From positions 1,078,501-1,142,500 of the forward strand of contig JAUPSS010000007.1 in assembly GCA_040285825.1 (NCBI GenBank): DNA of 64,000 nt, read 5' to 3'. The position numbers were made by a program, and so were the translations under genes. This DNA comes from Eukaryota sp. TZLM1-RC. Its lineage: Eukaryota > Protista > Metamonada: BaSk clade. Positions 55,136 through 64,000 of the stretch are shown here, piece by piece. Under the pieces are notes generated by a model. That model was not told the origin of the DNA. It did no database searches and worked only from the letters and a program-made list of their open reading frames with translations. Numbering within the stretch: the first letter of the stretch is position 1; each line of letters starts with the position of its first letter.

Positions 55136-56141
55136 TTTTTTTCATTTAATTTTAATTTATTTTCAAAACCACAGTCTAAAAGTCAATATCTTCAAAACCA
55201 GCTTCCACACCATCAAACCTTACAGCAGCAATGTTTTCATAATGTGCACTGACAGACATTAAAGCTTTCGAAATCATTTTAGGAATTGATTTGAAAATAG
55301 TAAAAACAATACGATTTAGCCACAAGCGACGATCAAAACGCTTATTCATTCTTTTTTTCACAAGATTTTCAGGGTAAATATATTTATTGAATTTGCACAC
55401 TTGATTAAAATCATAACTAATGGGACGACTATCATTAAACCAAGATTTCCTCTACAAAATCTTGATTTGCTTGCTGTCTAGCTAAAGCTTCTCTAATTCG
55501 ATTGAAAAACCGCGGTAATCTATTAATAATGGCAAATTGAATCCGTGAACGCCATAAAAAAATATCAAATCTTTTCATTGTTTTTTCTTTCACCATTTTT
55601 TGGAAGTCATCCAAAAAAGTTTCTGCTTCAACTGATAATCTTCCATTTATCGAAAATGGGAAAGCAATAAAAACCAGCTGTGTATTTCTATCGACATTTG
55701 CATCTTCAATTTCTTTATCATATTTTCTATGTTTTTCTTTTGCTTTAAAATCCAGAGCAGCCACAGGATTAAGTTTTCTTCTGTGAACCAAAGTATCGTT
55801 TGCAACATTACATGAGACAAAGTCAACAATAGCTTCAGAATTATCAATCCAATCACAGTATACATCACCTCTATCATCAGAACCAAAATTATTCAGAGAA
55901 AGTGTTTCCTTCAGCAGAGGCTCTTTGATACACGATATCCTTGCAGTTTGTGCCATGTTGAAAACAGTGTCTCTAACAGCATCATGTAATGAAGAACGAT
56001 AAGTTATCAATTTAGAGCAATTTAGAGCATGGCGCAAAGTGAGTTGAGGTGAATTCGAACAAATACATTTTTCTTTTGATAATAATTGGTTAATGGGGAT
56101 GTTCAAATATAATCTCATTTTTGTTACAAATGCTTCATTAG

Positions 56142-56884
56142 ATTTCTTTAGATTTCGTTCCTTTATCTGGCCTGATAATTTACCTCATAATTTAATTTGT
56201 AAATGTTCTCGAGAAATTACAACTACTCATTTGTTAAATTGTAAACATTTTATTACTTTTAGAAGCAAGGTTCATGATGCTGTAAGAGACCAGTTATATT
56301 GTATGTGTAAATCTCATAGAATTGAATCCTTCTTGGAACCTTTGTTGTCAAATCTGTTTGATGCTGAAAATGATTTTCATAAGAATAATAGAGGTGATGT
56401 CATATTACCTGGATTAGATGGAAGCTTCATTTTATTGGATGTAATGTCTGTTGATCCTTGTAATGCCTCAAATGAAAGGCTTGTTAATTCTGAAATTCAT
56501 AATCCCCTTTCAAATGCTGAAAATTTTAAATTCAAAAAATACAATGAATCTTTGTCCAAATTGGCCAGTCTACAGCATGCAAAATACAATTTGTATCCAT
56601 TTGTATTTTCCCTTTTTGGTTCACTTGCACCAACTGCTTTACGTTTTTGGATGATTTTGAAATGATTGTAAAGAGAAGAACTGGCAGAAATTTCAACAGA
56701 TTGTTTTGGCAAAATAGAATTGTGTTTTCTATTTTTAAGGGGATGTTGAAGATGGTTTCTGATGCTTTGCTTTCTCTTGGATCTCACTATGAGAGAGTTG
56801 CATCTAGTGTTTTTGTTTTGGGAGAGATGGATTTTTTAGATGTTGATTTATAGGTTTAGAATAAAATTAATTTTTTTTAAAAAA
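56142..56884 (+). mobile_element. Family A 3' fragment in C (antisense)
   Basis: TSD AAATGCTTCATTAG at 56128 and 56885. Confidence 0.92.
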
Positions 56885-57958
56885 AAATGCTTCATTAGTG
56901 GCACACAATCCAAATCTTCGTGGTACAATGGTTACAAAAAGTGAAGAATCTGACGCCTTGTTTTCACAAACACCCTTTTCCAATAACAATGAGTGAAGAT
57001 CTTGATTTAAAACAGCCGAGCTGCAAATTTTATTATAGAGATCTTTTTCATACATTCCAGTCAATCTTTTCTGTAATGTTTGAAGAGTGTACTTCAAATT
57101 TAAAACATTTTTTTCTGGAATATTGCCATTGAATGATTGGGGAAAACATCGACCCCATTTTTCTACATCAATTCTTGAAATTTCTTCATTTAATGCAAAA
57201 ACAGTGGAACTTTGCGTTGTCATCAATAAATCTTCCCAATCTGCAAATCTTTCGGAAAACTCAAAGATTGCATTTCTGCATCCACCAACAAAAGCACACG
57301 AGGTAAGAATAGAAGCCTTCGTCCACCCTAAACCACCATAATGTGGACTAAGGTAAGCATGATCTGGAATTTGAAACATTTTACATCCCAGTAATTGAGA
57401 CAGAACTTTTGCACGTAACTCATTAAACTTTTGAGCCAAAGGTCTAGTGACGAGAGGATTTGTAGATCGAAATATATGATTAAAATTGGAACTAAAACAC
57501 AGTCTTATTATGGTAAATTTGATGTGTTTTTTTATATCTAAATTCATCATTCGGTCAATTTTGTCAGAAATTGAATTCAACTTTTCAAACAATTTTTTGG
57601 TAATTTCATCATTATTTCCTAAAAATGAACCCAAATGACGAATAACATCAATTAAATATAATTTGGCTTGAATTTCAATATCATCAATTATTGTGGAAAC
57701 TGGAGAATTCGATAACAAAACACATTTAAGTAAATTAAGTCGGAGACCAATTTTGGTAAATAATTCTTTAAAACATACAGTTGCTTTTTTCACAATATTT
57801 AAATCACCAATAAGCACAACATCATCCATATATGCAATCATTTTTAGCGAAGGAAACATCTCTTGAATTTGCAGTAGAATAGGATGAATGGCCAAACAAA
57901 ACAAAAGAGGTCCTAACGGATCTCCTTGCTTTACGCCACTTGATGAACTCAAAATGTT

Positions 57959-59236
57959 TTTTTTAAAATTTAATTTTATTCTAAACCTATAAATCAACAT
58001 CTAAAAAATCCATCTCTCCCAAAACAAAAACACTAGATGCAACTCTCTCATAGTGAGATCCAAGAGAAAGCAAAGCATCAGAGACCATCTTCAACATCCC
58101 CTTCAAAATAGAAAACACGATTCTATTTTGCCAAAACAATCTGTTGAAATTTCTGCCAGTTCTTCTCTTTACAATCATTTCAAAATCATCCAAAAAACGT
58201 AAAGCAGTTGGTGCAAGTGAACCAAAATGGGAAAATACAAATGGATACAAATTGTATTTTGCATGCTGTAGACTGGCCAATTTGGACAAAGGTTCATTGT
58301 ATTTTTTGAATTTAAAATTTTCAGCATTTGAAAGGGGATTATGAATTTCAGAATTAACAAGCCTTTCATTTGAGGCATTACAAGGATCAACAGACATTAC
58401 ATCCAATAAAATGAAGCTTCCATCTAATCCAGGTAATATGACATCACCTCTATTATTCTTATGAAAATCATTTTCAGCATCAAACAGATTTGACAACAAA
58501 GGTTCCAAGAAGGATTCAATTCTATGAGATTTACACATACAATATAACTGGTCTCTTACAGCATCATGAACCTTGCTTCTAAAAGTAATAAAATGTTTAC
58601 AATTTAAGAAATGAGTAGTTGTAATTTCTCGAGAACATTTACAAATTAAATTATGAGGTAAATTATCAGGCCAGATAAAGGAACGAAATCTCATATTCAG
58701 AGTCCAAGCAGAATCGGATAAGAGAGTACCATAAACTTGTGGAATTGTTGTTACTAAGGCAGAAGAAGTACTGTCACACATATCTTGTAAAAGATTTGCA
58801 AAAGCGGGATTCTTTATCTTGGCCAAGCCAAGTCTAACATCAAAATCCAAGCTTTCAAAAATCTTTGACAATTTTTGTTGGAGCTTTTTACAGCAAAACT
58901 GTAAATTAAATAGAGATCGGTTTGGAATTTCTTGAATTGATTGAGGAAAACATTTGGTCCAAATTTGTGGCGGTAATTTTTCAAGTTCACAAGATAACTC
59001 ATACAAATAGGAACTACAATTGGGGACTAACAGATGAGAATCATCAGGAAATTTACGAGAAAATTCATAAATAAAATTTTTGCCACCACCCAAGAATGCT
59101 GATTGACACATAATTGAAGATTTAGTAAAACCAATACCACCCAAATTTGCTGAAGAAAATAAATGGCTTTTCAACATTCCTGGTTCTACATCCAATAAAT
59201 CAGCAAAAAATTCTGTTCTCAATGAATTAAAATGTT
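57959..59236 (-). mobile_element. Family A 3' fragment in C (sense)
   Basis: TSD CTCAAAATGTT at 57948 and 59237; ORF 57987-59222. Confidence 0.92.
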
Positions 59237-60106
59237 CTCAAAATGTTGTTACCAAAATGTAAATTAGAATATGTGCAATATGTTGATTGAAAATATGGTA
59301 TTAATTCCGGCATATATTGCAATAGAGCACCATGGATACTGCGACGACTTAGCGAATTGAAAGCATTACTAAAATCCAATGACATGCAAACATTGGATTC
59401 ATTTTGACGAAATAAGACATCAGTAGCAAAAATCGCTGAAGAGACTCCATCTATAGTATTTATACCATATTGAAAGGGTAATAAAATCTTTTTAGCTTTT
59501 TCATTGAACCTGCATAAGCAACACGCAGAAAAAATATTGTGTAAGCTCTCAGAGACTGCAATAGGACGAACATCCATTTTTGAATTTTTGACAAGTGCAG
59601 TCAAACGAGAACTTCTTAATTCTTCTGGGTACTTGCGTTGACCAGATAATATTTGGTTGAAAAATTTGGTCAATAAACCAAGGCAATCTTCTGAAGAAAT
59701 AATCGCGGCTTTTACATGATCAATAGTAATACCAGAAAGCCCGGCAGACTTACCACGAGGTCTCTTTTTGATAACCGAAAAAACTTCTGATGGCATCAAT
59801 GGATAATTTTCCCAGTAAGTGCCGTAAAAATTTTGATCCATAACAGGGTCTTCATAAGGATGAAGTATTTTCAGTTTATCTACTGTATTTTCATTGTTCG
59901 GTGCTTTGACTCCGGGACTTAAAGCTGACAAAGCCTTGGACCATTTGTTGTCAAAGCATTTGTCTTCAAAAATTTTACTTAATTTCTCGGATGACTGATT
60001 TCTCGGTGCTATATTGGTTAAATCTTCGGAAATATTAACGAAATTTTGTTCAAAAGGAGGACAAAAAGAACCAAAAAATTCCCAAATAATATTGATAGCA
60101 TACTTT

Positions 60107-63034
60107 TTTTTAAAATTTAATTTTATTCTAAACCTATAAATCAACATCTAAAAAATCCATCTCTCCCAAAACAAAAACACTAGATGCAACTCTCTCATAG
60201 TGAGATCCAAGAGAAAGCAAAGCATCAGAAACCATCTTCAACATCCCCTTAAAAATAGAAAACACAATTCTATTTTGCCAAAACAATCTGTTGAAATTTC
60301 TGCCAGTTCTTCTCTTTACAATCATTTCAAAATCATCCAAAAACGTAAAGCAGTTGGTGCAAGTGAACCAAAAAGGGAAAATACAAATGGATACAAATTG
60401 TATTTTGCATGCTGTAGACTGGCCAATTTGGACAAAGGTTCATTGTATCTTTTGAATTTAAAATTTTCAGCATTTGAAAGGGGATTATGAATTTCAGAAT
60501 TAACAAGCCTTTCATTTGAGGCATTACAAGGATCAACAGACATTACATCCAATAAAATGAAGCTTCCATCTAATCCAGGTAATATGACATCACCTCTATT
60601 ATTCTTATGAAAATCATTTTCAGCATCAAACAGATTTGACAACAAAGGTTCCAAGAAGGATTCAATTCTATGAGATTTACACATACAATATAACTGGTCT
60701 CTTACAGCATCATGAACCTTGCTTCTAAAAGTAATAAAATGTTTACAATTTAACAAATGAGTAGTTGCAATTTCTCGAGAACATTTACAAATTAAATTAT
60801 GAGGTAAATTATCAGGCCAGATAAAGGAACGAAATCTCATATTCAGAGTCCAAGCAGAATCGGATAAGAGAGTACCATAAACTTGTGGAATTGTTGTTAC
60901 TAAGGCAGAAGAAGTACTGTCACACATATCTTGTAAAAAGATTTGCAAAAGCGGGATTCTTTTTCTTGGCCAAGCCAAGTCTAACATCAAAATCCAAGCT
61001 TTCAAAAATCTTTGACAATTTTTGTTGAAGCTTTTTACAGCAAAACTGTAAATTAAATAGAGATCGGTTTGGAATTTCTTGAATTGATTGAGGAAAACAT
61101 TTGGTCCAAATTTGTGGCGGTAATTTTTCAAGTTCGCAAGATAACTCATACAAATAGTGACTACAATTGGGGACTAACAGATGAGAATCATCAGGAAATC
61201 TACGAGAAAATTCATAAATAAAATTTTTGCCACCACCCAAGAATGCTGATTGACACAAAATTGAAGATTTAGTAAATCCAATACCCCCCAAATTTGCTGA
61301 AGAAAATAAATGGCTTTTCAACATTCCTGGTTCTACATCCGATAAATCAGCAAAAAATTCTGTTCTCAATGAATTAAAAGAACGACAAAAATCTAATGCT
61401 ATGGAAGGAGCACAAGATCTCAAAATGTGGGTTATTCTCCCAGTGTAGCAAATTTTAAGCATGAAAAATTTAATATGCTTTTCTATATCTAAAGAAGACA
61501 TTGAATCAAGTTCAATTTTCATTTTTTCCAAAATAACTTGCAATTCATTCTGAATTTGAGGCACATTTCCTAACCAACAACCAAGGAACTTAAAAGCATC
61601 ACTACTATAATTAGTAAAAGGGACAATAGAATCGTTTATCACGAGGTCTTGAGCAGAAGAGCCAATCAGAAGGCATTTGCTGGCATTAAGATGAAGCCCA
61701 ATATTTTCATATGAATCGGCAATTTCTTGAGCAACCAATTCTAGTAAATCAAACGAACCAATCAAGGATATATCATCCATATAAGCAACTATTTTTATAG
61801 AAGGGTATTTTTGCTTAATGATATTTAAAGTTTTGTGAATAGCTAAACAAAACAATAATGGGCCTAAAGGATCTCCCTGCTTCACTCCAGAAGATGATTT
61901 AAGACCAAATGAATTAAAAATTAAATCTGATTCTTTCCCATAAAAATGGTAGAAAAAACTCGATAGCTCAGGAAAATCAGATTTAATAACTTCAAAAATT
62001 GCTTCTCGCTTTACAGAATTAAAAGCATTTTTAAAGTCGAGATTAAAAATAAAATTATTTTCCTCTGCATTAAAAAAGGTATCAGAGGCAATAGCAGCAA
62101 CAGAAGCACCATCAATTGTTTTGATTCCAAATTGATGAGGATTCAAAAATGTAGAAGCTTTGTCTTTGACACGATCGAAGACAATTGATGCTAGCAAACG
62201 AGAAAGAGATTCACCAACAGCAATTGGGCGTATTCCATCAGGTTTGATTCCGTTTCCAGGCTTTACTAAAGCAATCAGACGTGCTGCGAGTAATTCAAAT
62301 GGAGGATTAATTTTCAAAACAATCAATTGTTGAAAATAGTGGGCTAGATCATCAGCAATTTCGGGAGCACTGGAACACGCTATTTTTAACAGATCAAAAG
62401 AAATTCCAGATGGACCTGCTGCTTTCCCCTTTGGCAATTTTTGAATAGCTTTATGAACTTCAACTGCAGTAATAGGATTTTCAATCCAAAAAGGACACAC
62501 TTCAGGCTTGCTGCACTGGAAATTTTCTTGAGGATGCAACTTTTGAAGTTTTTCAAGGGTATCAGAGTTTGCATCAGCCAAAGAAGAGGAAAACAAAGAC
62601 TGCTTTGCGGCACCATAACGACCACGTAAGCACAATTTTTGGCAAATTTTTGATTTTACAATTTTTCTATTTCCAAATTTTTTCTTAAAACAATTTTTGT
62701 TTTTTCTAGCAAAATATTTCCAGAAGGATGAAATATTCCACTTATTATTTTTCAATTCAGAAGTAAAATTTCTCATTTCCATTGAGAAGGGGATTGTGCT
62801 GGCGGGACTTATTTCTACTGGGATCCGGATCGGGGGTCTTACGGTATCAACGGCTTTACAATTCGTACAAAACAGAAGTTTTCGACCATTTCGTGAATCT
62901 GCAACATCTTTTTTGCAAAATGGACAACAAAAATTACTGTTTTCAGAAGGGGAAGAAGAGGGAACACTAGAAGCATTTAACTGTTGATCGTCAGAAACAT
63001 AATTTTCAGCACCTTTCACAACGGCAAACAAACA
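60107..63034 (-). mobile_element. Near-full-length family A in C (sense, in frame)
   Basis: TSD AGCATACTTT at 60097 and 63035. Confidence 0.92.
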
Positions 63035-63613
63035 AGCATACTTTCCTTTACATAATTGATCCAAAAATCTTTGAAAAACGAAAGCAAATTCATTGCATTT
63101 GGTCGGATGAATTTCTTGAGGTATTCTTATAGGAGGATGGTAGTTATCAACTATGCGGCATTTCAAGCAGCGATCAGAAGTTTTTCCTTTTGCATTTTTT
63201 CTAAAAGAAATACCACAAGTGTTGCAAGTTTTGTGCTTCAATCGATTGCTAACTGGTTTTGCAACAACTTGTGGAGCATTATTTATGGGTTCTACCTTAG
63301 ACTCTTTCGTTCTAATAAATTTTCTTTTACATTTTGTTTCAGAATTTGCCGCATCATTTTTTCCAACATTGGGGCATGTTCGAGCATTATGTCCCTGTTG
63401 TCGACACTTTGAGCATCTGTAGGAGCGTGGCTTTGTTTTTGAACAAACTTTTTTTTCATCGTGATTGTCTAAAAATTCTTGATCAGAATTTTTTTTGTCC
63501 AAAAATGAAGAGAGAAGAGGTTGAGGAGGAGAGGTGGAAAGGACGTCTTGAGCATCTTGTTGACTATCGTTCTTTCTTTTGACTCCATTAGAATCAGAAA
63601 CTGATTCAGGCAT
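60920..63613 (-). CDS. Chimeric retrotransposon protein: family C N-terminus fused in frame to family A RT
   Basis: 899-aa ORF in the track; switch at LCKGKYA|CLF|AVVKGAEN; would run to 60134 (1,159 aa) if the +1 (~60936) and -1 (~60340) A-run indels are errors. Confidence 0.75.
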   Translation of the reverse strand: MPESVSDSNGVKRKNDSQQDAQDVLSTSPPQPLLSSFLDKKNSDQEFLDNHDEKKVCSKTKPRSYRCSKCRQQGHNARTCPNVGKNDAANSETKCKRKFIRTKESKVEPINNAPQVVAKPVSNRLKHKTCNTCGISFRKNAKGKTSDRCLKCRIVDNYHPPIRIPQEIHPTKCNEFAFVFQRFLDQLCKGKYACLFAVVKGAENYVSDDQQLNASSVPSSSPSENSNFCCPFCKKDVADSRNGRKLLFCTNCKAVDTVRPPIRIPVEISPASTIPFSMEMRNFTSELKNNKWNISSFWKYFARKNKNCFKKKFGNRKIVKSKICQKLCLRGRYGAAKQSLFSSSLADANSDTLEKLQKLHPQENFQCSKPEVCPFWIENPITAVEVHKAIQKLPKGKAAGPSGISFDLLKIACSSAPEIADDLAHYFQQLIVLKINPPFELLAARLIALVKPGNGIKPDGIRPIAVGESLSRLLASIVFDRVKDKASTFLNPHQFGIKTIDGASVAAIASDTFFNAEENNFIFNLDFKNAFNSVKREAIFEVIKSDFPELSSFFYHFYGKESDLIFNSFGLKSSSGVKQGDPLGPLLFCLAIHKTLNIIKQKYPSIKIVAYMDDISLIGSFDLLELVAQEIADSYENIGLHLNASKCLLIGSSAQDLVINDSIVPFTNYSSDAFKFLGCWLGNVPQIQNELQVILEKMKIELDSMSSLDIEKHIKFFMLKICYTGRITHILRSCAPSIALDFCRSFNSLRTEFFADLSDVEPGMLKSHLFSSANLGGIGFTKSSILCQSAFLGGGKNFIYEFSRRFPDDSHLLVPNCSHYLYELSCELEKLPPQIWTKCFPQSIQEIPNRSLFNLQFCCKKLQQKLSKIFESLDFDVRLGLAKKKNPAFANLFTRYV

Positions 63614-64000
63614 CAACAAGAAAGAATAGAAGCAATGATCTTGGTTCAGCCAGGTTTTAAGTTAAACGGTTATATGTAGAGGAAGAAAAAAAAATACACA
63701 AGATTTTCAAAATCATCAATAAAATTCAAAGCAGTTTTTCCAAGACGACCATACAACGATATAGCAAATGGGCAAATTTGGTAATCTACATGGCGAACAT
63801 GTTTCAATTCTTTTAAAGGATTTGCATACTTTTTCCGTTTGTACAATTCGGAGTCATCAAGGGGGGATACTTCGGATTGAGCATTTTTCAAGGCATTTTT
63901 CTTGCAAACATCCACGTTACGACATCAACAACATTCATGACATCATCAAACGAGGGCACAACAACATCAGCACGTCGTTTTCCATATTCTGAATCTCTTA

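Larger units (their letters stand above)
55372..63696 (-). mobile_element. Full-length family C element (~3,341 bp reconstructed) carrying three family A insertions
   Basis: T9 leader, ATG 63613, knuckle CSKCRQQGHNARTC, RT (VRPIAVSE, LDFSNAFN, GVKQGDPLGP, AYMDD), endonuclease (HDAVRD, DRGD), stop 55435. Confidence 0.92.
22296..64000. mobile_element. Nested cluster of non-LTR retrotransposons (RT + restriction-like endonuclease, CRE-like), at least 5 families
   Basis: Recurrent RT motifs RPIAVGE, PxQFGI, LDFKNAFNSV, GVKQGDPLGP, AYMDD; post-RT CxC...HxxxC finger, HDAVRD, and EP...RGD/RAD...DV...K..KY...PF endonuclease motifs; 5' truncation, A-rich tails and TSDs. No host gene was recognised after 22,160. 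Confidence 0.96.
55145..64000 (-). mobile_element. Family B (continues beyond window) split by the full-length C element
   Basis: B sequence 64000-63697 resumes at 55371-55145; TSD CACAAGATTTTCA at 55359 and 63697. Confidence 0.88.

Noticed and set aside
56867-60147. ORFs starting MLIYRFRIKLNFKK (also 52803, 53488) as a separate gene family
   Set aside because: They are the family A tail read in another frame, running into the interrupted target element.
22296-64000. Group II introns, retrons, DGRs or LTR elements
   Set aside because: 5' truncation, A-rich tails, variable TSDs and a C-terminal restriction-like endonuclease indicate non-LTR retrotransposons; there is no integrase, protease or LTR.

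Overview
AT-rich, gene-dense DNA from a microbial eukaryote (standard code, one 29-nt GT-AG intron; the organism cannot be named from this window). It has two sharply separated halves. (1) 1-22.2 kb is host genes with no retroelement insertion: a bacterial-type MMPL/RND transporter (runs off the left edge), a 4-copy 1,028-bp tandem array with att-like junctions and an orphan 181-aa ORF, SEY1/RHD3, and an intronless ~3,970-aa RNF213 (mysterin)-like AAA+ ATPase with a CBM20-like N-terminus and a rearranged RZ-like finger. (2) 22.3-64 kb is ~42 kb of essentially pure non-LTR retrotransposon DNA (single ORF: zinc knuckle, RT, restriction-like endonuclease; CRE-like RT motifs). It holds at least five families, named here by C-terminus: A '...MDFLDVDL', B '...CFEDIDF', C '...DFVEEILV', D '...NFVSYVF', E/F '...FEDVEFEL'. 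Reading junctions by eye gives about 18 insertions with 6-20 bp target-site duplications (TSDs), all into other elements. These include a five-deep nest and an otherwise intact family C element hit three times by family A. The best candidate for an undescribed system is this multi-family, self-targeting retrotransposon island (possibly a centromere, heterochromatin or small-RNA locus), which also appears to build new chimeric elements by in-frame nesting. Junction coordinates were counted by hand and may be off by a few bases.
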